This document shows positions 52,164-64,000 of a stretch of DNA of 64,000 nucleotides, piece by piece (the stretch's first letter is position 1; each line of letters starts with the position of its first letter). The translations under genes and the position numbers were made by a program. The stretch is taken from assembly GCF_018350175.1 (NCBI RefSeq), contig NC_058373.1, positions 106,022,001-106,086,000 of the forward strand, read 5' to 3'. This stretch comes from Felis catus (Eukaryota). The notes beneath the pieces were generated by a model. It worked only from the letters and a program-made list of their open reading frames with translations, did not search any database and had not been told where the DNA came from.

Positions 52164-55100
52164 GTAAATAGTGAGGACCCGGTGAGAGAAACGGCCGCGT
52201 ATTTGGTTATTGGGCAACTCTGCTTTCTGTATATTTTAGAAACTTGCACTGATATTTCTTACTGACTTGAATGCATCCAACAGCCTTTCTTTTTCTGTGT
52301 CTTAAGGGCATTTTGCCCTGTTTTCTCTCGAATTCAGCTATTTTAATTGTCATGCTGATTGCCAAATATTTTATCCTTTTATTATAATTATGTAAATTTT
52401 TTTTGAAAAGCTTGTAGCATTTGCTGTTTGGCATTCATTAACTCAAATTTTCTTAACTACCGCTCATGCCAGCCCTCCCCCCACTCTGTAACTGCTCTTT
52501 AAAGCACACTAGGTTTTAAGGGGGACTACCCAGAATTTTAACAGAAACCCAGGCCACCTGGTTTCAGCAGCCCAATTCTCCACATGACCTTAGTTTGGCA
52601 CCCGTTATAAAAAGAGAAATCATATAGAAAATCACCGATCATTGTAGATACAGGCATTATGAGACGTAACTAGGCCAGCTCTTGGTGAGTACTTGAGCAC
52701 GTCTTTGGTCTTAACACTCAGCATCAAGTGATAGGAGAGTCCTTTGTACCCATCACTGTGCCAGCCACTCACAGAACGGATAGAAGTCACCCTCTCCCTT
52801 CCAAATGCTTGCCAACTTGAAGTCGGCCGTCTTATGAAAACAGTCCTGTTCCCGGCCTCTGCTCTTTCACTCTGCTGGCCGACTGACTTCCTTTTCCTTG
52901 TCCAACTTACTTAGTCACAGCCAGTGACACACAATAGCACTCACCCCCGATATTTAGTGCGTTGAAAAGAGGGTCTAAGAGATGCCAAAGCATTTCCTTT
53001 TCCCTCATCACATTTGTCCTTTTCCGTGGAGCAGAAAAGCAGGGCCACCACTGGTAGCAGAAAATACCAGACACGCAGTGCACCTATATTAGAAGTCCCA
53101 TATATGAATTCAGATCGCTCTCACACAGGTGAGGTTGCTGTGTACCGTTTTATAAATAGATTCCAGAAGCTGCTGTAGAAAGAATAGAAACACTGACCAA
53201 AAGTTGGGGTGAAGAGAGGTGATACCGAAGAGAAAATGGTCAGGTGATACTTTAGGGGCAAACGTAGAGCACAGGGATGTGGGTGTGCAAGCTAAGGAGC
53301 GCACCCAGGACAGAAGCTTTGGAGTCATTCAGGCGGTCACTCAGTGCAGGCTTGTTGAATGCCTGTATGTGTCAGGCCCTGCACTGGGCTCTGGGTCTGA
53401 GTCTCAACTCCATTCCTCACTGACTGCATGCATAGGCAATGCAGACTCCTCTTCTCCCCCCCCCCCCCCCCTTAAGCTGAAGATTATATCTAACTTGCAG
53501 GGCTGTTGCAAAGATTAAAGGACAAAACAAATGTAAGGACTTTAACCTAGTGCCATATTGATTGCACTATAAATGATAGGGACTATGGTAGATTTAGGTG
53601 GCTGAGGTGGGATGAGAAATAATGGCCAAGGTCAGTGGGTGGAACAGGATGGTTTAACGTGAGGTCACAGGTGGAGTGTAAAAAGAGGAGATAATGTAGA
53701 TAAAATTAATTCTTTTCTGAAGTCTTCAAGTAGCAAGGCTGTATCAAAAAGGGCACACGATGATGAATCGGAGGGTGGAGGCTGTGAGGAGATGGGAGTT
53801 CTCTGGCCCTGAAAGGTGGAGAATTCTCTTTACTATGGCATAGTCAGTAGTAAGTGTTCAAGAAGATCTTAGCAAATGGATGGTAAATGAACGCCTTTGT
53901 AGGGAGAATCCTTTAGGCTGCAGCTTCCCAAACCTGGCATTACGTCAGAATCATCTAAGGAGCGTTTGAAAACAAATCCCTAAGCCCTGTCCCTGACCTG
54001 TAGAAGACACTCCCAGAAATGGGGTCTGGGGCTCCTGAAATGTTAAAACCTCTGAGGTGGTTCTGAGGCACAGCAGGATTTGTCAAAGCTTAATGACCGG
54101 TCTTAAGAGTCTCAAGTCTTAGAATTGTGAAAGAAGAATGACGTGGAGACAGAAGAAGGAAAATGGGATACAGTGAGGTGGGTTTCAGACGCATCGCGGA
54201 AGAAGTCAGGGATGCATTCATTCACAGAATGAATAGTGATCACCTTAACTTCAAGACTGGTAGAATTCAAGGCTTTCAATGGCGTGAACTCTTCTCTGCA
54301 AACTCAGGAAAGAAAAAGTAAGAGATGGAGACAGCGAGAATGTAAATGTGTTACCAGATTCAGAAATAGAGACCAATTCTGTGTAGCTCAGCCCCAGTGG
54401 GTTATATCTCCCGTGGGTTTACTTTATGAAAAGAGTAGGAATTGGGGCCAAGTATTTGAAATAAAAACCTGCAGCCTCAACTTCATTAGTCCTCTTTCCC
54501 AAAGCTCCTCACTCCCGCGAGGGCTGGAGTCAGCAGGCATATTGGCAATGTAAGTAAACATTGGGCTCCATTGGATGCCTCGTGCCATTATAGCAGGATT
54601 GGGAAGTGAGTAAAACTACAGCTGAGAGCTAATATTTTTCTCCCCATATTGTGGCGATTGTCATGCGCTGCCCTTAAAGTCTTTAATGCTGAGAATCTGA
54701 TAGCATTTGCTTTCACAAGTTTTAAGGACTATTTGCCAGAAGCATAAAATACTTCAAGTCCAGGTAGCCTTCCGAGAGGAGAATGGGAGAGAGGACTCGG
54801 TGTCGGGACAGACGGGGTCTGGCATCAGCATATCCCCAGGGAGCAAGATCCTCCCTCTCAGCCCTCTGCTGGTTGGACACAAGCCAGCAACCTGGCTAAC
54901 AAACAGTGGCTTCTCTGGTTCTCATTTCTAATTTGTCAAAAGAAGCCTTTTTAATATTCATTTTCCCTAGTGTGGCTAAAGGGCCATTTTTATGACAGGA
55001 TCCTGAATTAAATACCAAACGGGCACCATTATCCTCCACAAATAGGTGCTCACCCTTGTGTTCCATCTTCAGGACTGTGACTTCCGGGTCTCTTCTTCAG

Positions 55101-55319
55101 TATTTTACAAGACGTAGTTAACCATAACGTTGTTCACCTAAAGACCCCTCCAAGCACGAACACCACTGAGTCCACAAGTCGTTCCCTTTGACGGAGGAGA
55201 GGAATAATATTTACCTAATGAAGAGCCTCACATCATCCTCAGCCAGTTTTCTGTTTAGAGAAAAACACTTCAGCTTTGAAGAGTCCCCTGTTTTCACGTC
55301 CCGTTGTTTTCTTGTGTAG

Positions 55320-55507
55320 AGCACAATGAGTTGCAACAGAAATTGGAAAAGAAAGAGCGCGAATGTGACGCCAAGACCCAAGAGAAGGAGGAGATGATGC
55401 AGACCTTAAATAAAATGAAAGAGAAGCTTGAAAAGGAGACTAGCGAGCACAAGCAAGTCAAGCAGCAGGTGGCGGACCTCACAGCACAGCTCCACGAGCT
55501 GAACAGG
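55320..55507 (+). CDS. DAAM1: DAAM1 coding exon, coiled coil ([18 protein letters not shown]...LHELNR)
   Basis: Acceptor ttcttgtgtag, 188 nt, donor AGG|gtgagg; lies within ORF 55304-55588. Confidence 0.97.
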
Positions 55508-55749
55508 GTGAGGGCCGGGGCCACGGGCCGGGTCTTCGTTTCTGAGCAGCTGCTGGGCCTCGCTTACCCTGGAGCCCCTCTACCTTAGGCAGACAGCTTC
55601 TGCCTGGGTATCCCAAGGTGATCTGTCCCAATGGTTTTAAGACTTCCTCCCTCTGCCATCGTGTAAGTCAGGCAGCAGAGGGGGGTTGGGGGTGTGTGTA
55701 TTTAAATCAATGCAGATTCTCTAATAAGATCAAAGGAGATTACGTTAAC

Positions 55750-55920
55750 TTTTTTTTTTAAAGTTTTATTTATTTACTTTGAGAGAGAGAGAATCCCAAG
55801 CAGGCTCCGTGCGGTCAGCATGGATCCTGATGTAGGACTCGAACTCACCAACTGTGAGATCATGACCGGAGCCGAAATCAAAAGTCAGACGCTTGACCGA
55901 CTGAGCCACCCAGGCACCCC
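55750..55920 (-). mobile_element. CAN-SINE (short CT region)
   Basis: TSD acgttaactt. Confidence 0.9.
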
Positions 55921-56216
55921 ACGTTAACTTCTTAAAATGAAAACTGATTTCATGAAAACCAAACTCGGATGCTATAAGAAGTGAGGGATACGTGAGTGCT
56001 ATACAGACAAGCACTAACGTGCCACATATAAAGGGCTGACTCAGTAGTCCCTGAAGACCCTAAAGCCCATTTGATTTATTGCTCCTTTTAAACCCATCTT
56101 CTCAGAAATGTGAATTTCTCTGTAACATACGTTTTAGGCAAAGTTTCAGACTCCGAATCATCCAGTGAATTTACTTCTTCCACTGACCTTCTCTTTTCCT
56201 ATTTTTACCTTTTCAG

Positions 56217-56516
56217 AGAGCTGTCTGTGCTTCGATCCCAGGTGGACCCTCCCCTGGAGCCCCAGGGGGGCCCTTTCCTTCCTCTGTCCCAGGGTCCCTC
56301 CTCCCCCCCCCACCACCTCCACCTCTGCCAGGTGGAATGCTTCCTCCTCCACCCCCTCCCCTTCCTCCAGGCGGCCCTCCTCCTCCCCCAGGGCCTCCTC
56401 CTTTAGGGGGGATCATGCCACCTCCTGGTGCTCCACTGGGTCTGGCACTCAAGAAGAAAAACATTCCTCAGCCCACAAATGCCCTGAAATCCTTCAACTG
56501 GTCTAAGCTGCCTGAG
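56217..56516 (+). CDS. DAAM1: DAAM1 coding exon: proline-rich FH1 domain and FH2 start ([10 protein letters not shown]...PPPPPP...[11 protein letters not shown])
   Basis: Acceptor ccttttcag, 300 nt, phase 0-0, donor GAG|gtaagc; polyproline runs and the FH2 lasso motif LKSFNW. Confidence 0.98.
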
Positions 56517-56830
56517 GTAAGCCATTTGTTCTGATTTTCCCTCTAATGGATAACATTAGCAGCTCACTGTGCTGTCATTGAAAAGGGAAACAGCCCTGAC
56601 TGTTAAGTGATTTCATTTTCTTAGTATGGACTCGGGTTCTCACTAGCTCTGATACTTCAAGTGTTAAAGCTGAAATAAATGACATGTTGTTTGAAGCCAG
56701 ACCACTTTGAGCATCTGGTAGAATGAAAAATTGGGGGTGGCAGCACTTTTTAAAAAAATAACCACGTCTGTTCTTTTTGTATATAACCATAAACTCTAGT
56801 ATTTATTACTTATTAACTTGATGTTTGCAG

Positions 56831-56938
56831 AATAAACTGGAAGGAACAGTATGGACTGAAATTGATGATACAAAAGTCTTCAAAATTCTAGACCTCGAAG
56901 ACCTGGAGAGAACATTCTCTGCCTACCAAAGACAGCAG
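56831..56938 (+). CDS. DAAM1: DAAM1 coding exon, FH2 ([36 protein letters not shown])
   Basis: Acceptor gtttgcag, 108 nt, donor CAG|gtaaca; FH2 GTVW motif. Confidence 0.97.
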
Positions 56939-58701
56939 GTAACACTGTGTGCTCTCCAGATGAGACAAAAATAAGAAGTCCTGTCCTCACGCATGGTCCC
57001 CGTGCTACCTGCCATGCCATGAGGTGATGGGCGTCTTGGTTTGAGGCTGTCTGGTCTACCCTGCTCTGTCCCTGCAAAGCAGCATGGCGTGCGTGTGTTC
57101 ACATGTGTGTCTAAGTGCCTGTCCGTGTATGTGTGTGAACGTGTTGAAGCTGCTTGTTAACTTCATACCCTGGTGTGTGTCCAAGACCTTATCTGCATTG
57201 GTGGAAGGAGTTTCGTATGTTAATATCTCTTGTGCTTGGTCCAAATGGGTCACCAGGAGCAAATATTAGTAGGAGAGCTGCCTAACTTGTAATTGTCGCA
57301 GGGTTCGTTTCTTAAGCCATTTTAGTTTATCTGACTTTTAAATATCTATATATCCGTTGGTTATTATCAGAAATGAACTGCTTTTTGAAATAGATGGAAC
57401 CTTTAGACATACAAGGGTTTGTAAATAACCATGATTTGACGGTTAACCAGAACCTTAGAAGTTTTTACTATATGTCACGAACACGGTCAACTCAGAAGTG
57501 GGGCTGGGAAGGCTGAGCAATTTGGAGGATGGCACTGACAGAAAAAGGACCAGAGAAGCTTCTGAAACAGGAGCCAAACTTTTGTGACGCTAGTGGGAAA
57601 CGTGTGATTTGGTGCTCGTTGGCTATCCATGTTGATATAGCCAGCGAATCAACTTTATGCCATACACTCCAGTCACATCTGATGGTACCTCTCACTTCTT
57701 GAGAGGACATCTTAGCAGATCCTCCTAAGGGTGGACCAGAAGAGATCACAACAAAGATCCCAAGCAGACAGTCAGAGACGTAGGAAGGGAAACGTGGTGT
57801 CCTGGAGTGAGAGAAGAAAGATTCTTCAGGATGACTGAGAGAGATGATGGAGAGAGCAGAGTGCATCTTACTAGGAACACAAGCATGCCAGGCATCTGCA
57901 TGGGGGCTTTTCTTGGGCTTTACTGGGAGCCCTTTATCTCCTACGTGAATCATGTGCTGGCTGGAGCATCCTCAGAGCAGCTGCAGACTGGCTCGCAAGA
58001 AAGGGTGTCTCAGAACAGAACTGCCAACCATCGAGGGAGAAGATGGACTGAGGCTGGGGAGAAACCGAAACTGTGACAGGTTTTTATTTTAAAACCTTTG
58101 ATACATCTGAAACTGAAAAAGTAGTATGTCTTTTGGCCAGAATATTTTCACTCAGAGGGAAAGCTTCTCTGCATTGTATTCTGTGCTATTTTAGTAAAGT
58201 ACAAAAATGCTGGTCGTTGTCTGCCATGGTAGCATGAACCTAAAACAGGAGCCCTCAGCTGGGGCCCCTCCATAAGTATGAAGGAAAACTTGTGCAGTGT
58301 TGTACCCACAAAATAAAGGAAAATGAAGGGGAAAAAAGATAATGTCCAGTAGAAAGCAAGACACTTTATCTTTCAAGGGACAAACAAAGGGTATGTTTAG
58401 GGCCCTCATATGGCAGGTGCTTGGACCAGACTCATTCCTGATTGGCTGCAGTGGACCTCCTCTCTCGGTCTCTTTGCTGCTGACCTAGGAAGGTGTTCTC
58501 TGGGCCTTGACATGAAGTCGTAGGACATTTTAGCAAATTTCCTGGTAGATTCAGTAATCTTCTGACCTCATTACACATCCAATTGATTTCCCACTTCAGT
58601 TTCAGTCACTAATTCTGGTCCATTCTGGTTGCCTAAGGTGAAGGTTTGGGAGCTTAGAAAAGTAAAGTAGAAAAGTAAAGTAAGTAGAAAAGTAAATTAA
58701 A

Positions 58702-58926
58702 GGGGTGCCTGGGTGGCTTAGTTGGTTAAGCATCCGACTTCAGCTCAGGTCATGATCTCACAGTCCGTAGAGTTCAAGCCCTGTGTCGGGCTCCGTGCTG
58801 ACAGCTCAGAGCCTGGAGCCTGCTTTAGATTCTGTGTCTCCCCCTCTCTCTATGCCCCTCCCCTGCCTGCACTCTGTCTCTGTCAAAAATAAAATAAAAA
58901 CATAACAAAAAATTTTTTTTAAAAAA
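58702..58926 (+). mobile_element. CAN-SINE
   Basis: TSD aaaagtaaattaaag. Confidence 0.92.
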
Positions 58927-61363
58927 GTAAATTAAAGAAAGGGAAAACAGCAGTCAATTCCAAATGATGTTATTCAAGTCTGAGCATGTGGGTTGCGTTG
59001 ATCATGAAGGCAGGTGGTTAAAAGACCCGACTTTACAAGACTCATAATTAACTGGCTTTCAGCAGAAGGTGCAGAAGGATGCTGCCAAAATGCTCTGGGA
59101 CAAATATGTGGACAGTTCTCAAGAGCTCTGGGAGACAGGGTTGCAGAAAGCCTTGCAATTGGGTAATTGTCTCCTAGCAACCGATCCCTGTTTAAGTAAT
59201 CAGTAGTCATTCCAGTCAGTGTAGACCAGAACATATCAGTTGTACTTAACGCTAAGGAGACGGGTACATTCATTTGTGACATTTTAATGGCACTTTCTGG
59301 AAAAAGATTTCAACACACTTGGCTCAGCTTGATTGAAGTAGGTTTCCTCTCTTGGCGCACAAATTTGAGATGAGATTTTTAAACCATAGATATATTTCCC
59401 AAATGAAGGTAATTTTATCCATTTTATTGAGTTTATTGAATGTTGAGAGACCAAAAAAAAAAAAACAAAAAACTAAAGATACAGACATTCTAGTAGGAAT
59501 TTGTAGGACAGAGTATAGGAAACGGCGTGCCTGTCATTGAATGTTCCCTATCTCCTTATCTAATGACAATGTCAAAGACCTGCGTATTTTCATTTTAGTC
59601 TTGGCAATACGCTGTATAATTATCATCACACTTGAACTGCTCTCCTTTCCACTCCCCAGTGAATAGTGGGAACCTATTTTTTTTTTTTTTTCTATAGTAT
59701 CTCCTCTATCCCTCCAATTATAAAACCCTGGTCAAACTCTCTGAACTTCAGCCAGTTGTTTGAACAAGTCAGTTTCTCAGAGAGGCAAAGGAACACATGA
59801 ATACCATTACCTGTGTGCATGTAACAAGAACACTCTACAGAGTAGGATTTTGAACACAACCTCAGGTATAAGATTAGTAACTTTAGATGAACACTGATTA
59901 ATGATATTTAGGAGAGATTTTGTATAAATATGCACACATAGGAAAGGTATGCCCAATTGATTTGAGAAATATTTTTATCATAAAAATCAAAACAGATATT
60001 TATACCATCTGCTTTGTATGTGAAATGCTTCAAAGGATGCAAATGTATTGAATGGTTGCACAGGCTTTTGATGCAACTTACAGTGTAAAAGCAAAGACAA
60101 AGACAATCTGTATAGACTAAAAAAAATGATAATCAATATTAAGTATCCATTACCTTTTTGGTGCTGAGAACAATATACCCAGTCTCAATCTCATCAATTG
60201 TAAAATTTAGTTCTCAAGACACTCTTATACTTATTTTTTTTTTATTTCATCCTCACACCAGCTCTATGAGGTATTATTCCTATCTCATAGGTAATAGAAA
60301 TATGGCTTAGCATATATTCAGTGTCTGAACAGGTGGCACAGCCAGGTCACAAGTGGCATAAATTCTCAGTTTCACTTTGTTCTTACACCACAGTTTCATT
60401 CACTATGAAGGTCAGGCTTTGTGAAGGATTTTCTGTAACTCCGGTTTTAAGAACAAGACCATTTCTATTCAGGATTTTTCTTTTCCAGTGTGGATATCAA
60501 AGGTGTGCGGACCTGATTATGTAAGCTTATGTGCCACATGAAGTGGAATTTAATAGCGTGCAGTTACTCCCCTGCTTACATTCCAAAAGTTCATTTGAAA
60601 GTCAATTTCTTGAATCTCAGAACCTCTTTTCCTCATTGAAGCTACATTATGCATGATTTCCAGGCCAACCACAAAGGGCTTGTTTTAATACATCACATGC
60701 ATAGTAGTATTACTTGAGATACACTTAAACAATATTCATTTTGGTTTTGTGGGAAATTTTCACCTTGCGATGTTATAAATTCATTCTCCCTATCCGTGCA
60801 GTTGGATATAGGAAGATGAATTTTACATTTACCTAAAGGGAGTCATATCTTTGTAGCAGTAAATTTACAGCTCGTATCTCCATTCCTTCTCCCAGTTCTT
60901 TGCCTGAGGGCACCCCTTCTTTACAGGTCCTTTTATCAGCATACGGTAGAACATTTGAAAGCCTCTCTGCTCTGATGTAGGGAACAAAGGCTAACTGCAA
61001 CGCCAAACTCCAGAATCTGACCTCTTCCTGTTAATAACGTAATATAGAAGTCATTCTTGGGCTCCCATTTGGAACATTCTGTGTTATCTTCTGATTTTTT
61101 TTTTCTTAAATAAATGGTCAAAGAATTTTTTGTTATTCTTTTCACATTTTCAGTATTCTGGAGATCTAGTTTTTACATTGAAAAATTATAATTTAGGGTA
61201 TTTATTTCAATAATCTTGGCCCTTCACCATGGCATGTGAAGGCCGAAGAGAAAATTATGAATGACGGTTTTTCTTAGACCAAAGTATAAGGTAGAAGTTC
61301 TATTAATTGACTCCATGGTGAGAGTTAATTAAAGGCAGGGTTTTATATAAATATTATGCATTT

Positions 61364-61575
61364 AGGGGCGCCTGGGTGGCTCAGTCGGTTGAGCATTTGA
61401 CTTTAGCTCAGGTCATGCTCTCACCATTTGTGGGTTTGAACCCTGCATCGGCCTCTGTGCTGACAGCTCAGAGCCTGGAGCCTGCTTCAGATTCTGTGTC
61501 TCCCCCCCTCTCTCTGCTTCTCCCCCTGTTCATGCTCTCTGTCTCAAAAATAAATAAAATTTTAAAAATATATTT
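61364..61575 (+). mobile_element. CAN-SINE
   Basis: TSD aatattatgcattta. Confidence 0.92.
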
Positions 61576-63811
61576 TAATATTATGCATTTATATGAATAG
61601 TATGCATTTTTCTGGAGAGGGATCCCTACCTTTTGTCAGATTTGCAAAGGGATTGTAACCTCGAAAAAATTAAGAAATATCCAGGTAAGGATTATTATTA
61701 CCTATAAACTGTTGAATCATTATGTCATTGAGGAACCTTATCCCTAGGAAGCTATCAGCATTGGTTCCTGAAAATTCGAGTCCCAACTTTTATTTTCCAA
61801 AGCCCTACACCAAAAATCATCTGGAAAAATCAGACGTCCTGTTAGGTGATCCTATGGTGTTTGGCCCAAGCCAATTAGTGAATCATTTAAAGTTTCAAAA
61901 AGAATGTTAACTTATTTGAAAGAGGCCTGGAAGCATCATTATTTTTAACATGCCCATCTAATAAGCTTTGTGATTTTATTTTAAATGTGGTTAAAGGACT
62001 GTTAAAGAAGGGAAACCTTAAGGCTAACAGTAAACCACACTCTCCCATGGCATTCCTCATCATCACCTCTGCAAAGATAAGATGCATTACTTGGCTATTA
62101 ACGGTCGCTTACTTCTGCTGCTGGCAACAAACGGGAGATCTTGACCAGCTGTTCTTCAACTCAATTAAAAAGAGAGCAATAGGAGAAAAAAAATGGACTT
62201 GATCATCAGCTTGAAAGATAGTTGTATGATACCTTCCAAGTGTTCAGCTCATAAGTATGTACAAGGTACCGTGCACATTGCTTTTTTACATGAATTACCA
62301 TGTTTAGTCGTCACAGTAATAATCCAGTTGTTAATTCCATTTTGCAGATAGTAAGGCTGAGCTACAAGCCTCACACCTAATTAATGATAGTTGCCTGATT
62401 CCATAGCCCACTATAGTCAAGGTCAGAAGTCTTAATTTTCTGACAGTGCAAACTTACGGAGAATAAGTTGCCAGAGAGCTTTGTAGAAGTTTCTTCTTTG
62501 AAGGCCAGACAGTAATAGCTGGATCTAAATTCAACTAGCAACTTGCCTCAGTAAGAGAGAAAAGTGGGATAAGATGACCTCACGGAGTTCACTTTGCCAT
62601 AGTTCTTTCTGCCCTTGAAAGGAGAGGCTACTTTTACAGGGAAAGTGTCCTAAGGAGTTTGAGTGTAGAAAACCTGGCTGTTGCAACTGGGACAAAAGAA
62701 AACTGTGACGTCAGAGTAGAAGAAAGGTTTCTTGTGGTTATCAACTTATTTTTAAATGCCGTTCTAGAAAAGCAATCCCTCCTTGTGTGGGAGGAGCAAA
62801 AGGAGGACACATTTTGTTTCCCACTGGAAGAATGATGTGAAACAGCTCATCTGTGTAAAATTGGCCTTGGCAGTGCTGCCAGGGCCAATGAGGCCTTAAG
62901 GAATCTGCTGAGCAACTGCTGGTCATGAAGCAGTTGGCCTGAGAGCTGGGGTGTGTTTTGCACCCTGAAGCTTTCTTCATTCCAGCATGGCAAAACCATG
63001 TAAAGAAGGCTGTAACTTTCTCTTAACATGTCAGTTACTTCTTCCTCTTTCTCTTCTTCACTCCAGATCTTGTCTGGAGTATTTCAGGAGGAGGCCGCAG
63101 GCCTTGTATCCTTGAACTTCCCTGAGGCAGTTGGGACAGGGCCACCAATGGCGGCACACAAACATGAATCACTTATTGTCTCTTAATTGCATGTTCGGTC
63201 TTGTTTCTCATACCTATCCATAGCACTGCCAGGCATTGTTTGGACTCTTGAGGGATACTGAGGGTTAATATTACTGACCTGTGTTGCTGAACTTGTCTTT
63301 TGTCTTTTCTTAATCCTTCCTTATGACATAAGAAGACAGATTTTTCCTGCCCCTATCCCCCCAAAAAAGCATATTTTGCTGGTAGGACATGACCATAGGA
63401 GTAGTTTCCTCAATTTGATGGAATTAATGGATATTTTTCTGCTTCAAGTGAAAATTGTCATGTTGAATAAATGGAGCCCATTCCTCTTTCAAAGAGAGTG
63501 TGTTCCTTTCCCAACTTGGGTCTTTCTGGGGTGTTCTCAGTCCTTTCTTTTCCAAGTTTGATTTGCCGCCATTGGAAATGGTGCACAACACGTGTCCTCT
63601 ACCCAGAATGCTTCGTACCGTGCCCTCATTGTATCTTCAGCCAGGCTCTCCCATCTTCATCAACTCTCATTGCTCATCCTTGGGGCATAAATCCTCTTTT
63701 ACCCTGTGTCACTGAGTTCCTTGACTGCTTTGACTTTCTCCCGTTTGTTGCTGTGATTTCTGAACTGCATGTATCTGATTTGCCTTTTCCATGCCTCTGC
63801 CATGGCTGTAG

Positions 63812-63841
63812 GATTTCTTTGTGAACAGTAACTCCAAGCAG
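63812..63841 (+). CDS. DAAM1: DAAM1 30-nt alternative (neural) microexon DFFVNSNSKQ in the FH2 linker
   Basis: ctgtag|GATTTCTTTGTGAACAGTAACTCCAAGCAG|gtaagt, phase 0-0; the peptide equals the 10-aa insert of the long DAAM1 isoform as recalled. Confidence 0.93.
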
Positions 63842-64000
63842 GTAAGTGAGCAACTACCCAAACCTTGCTTAGTATAACTTCTTGGCTCACTGTAAGCTCA
63901 GAATGTCTTGGCCATCCTTTTTTTTTTTTTTTTTTTTTTTTCTTCCAGATAGTGTAATGCAATGCTTAGGTAATTCCACACTGGGTTTCAACTCTTAACT

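Noticed and set aside
56158..56464. Gly-rich minus-strand ORFs
   Set aside because: They are antisense shadows of the FH1 polyproline exon

Overview
Mammalian genomic DNA, almost certainly felid given the dense feline-type CAN-SINEs (SINEC_Fc-like) and carnivore L1 3' ends. The whole window lies inside the formin gene DAAM1 on the + strand. Fourteen GT-AG coding exons (11856-63841) splice into one stop-free frame of 1815 nt (605 codons), roughly human DAAM1 residues 62-666 as recalled from memory. They cover the GBD/FH3 region, coiled coil, proline-rich FH1, the start of FH2 and the 30-nt neural microexon DFFVNSNSKQ. The first coding exon and the 3' exons are outside the window. The introns contain about 27 CAN-SINEs, L1 fragments, MIR, MER5A, MER58A, an MLT2-type solo LTR and long pyrimidine microsatellites. 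Almost all ORF-track entries are repeat-derived or spurious. I cannot claim a confirmed new biological system. The best leads are an intronic CpG-rich promoter-like region (about 14.5-16.8 kb), a candidate alternative terminal exon just upstream of the microexon, a 502-bp pure-pyrimidine triplet tract, a retrotransposon target site that was hit twice, and inverted SINEs around the in-frame FH1 exon pair. Repeat family names come from recalled consensus features, not database searches.
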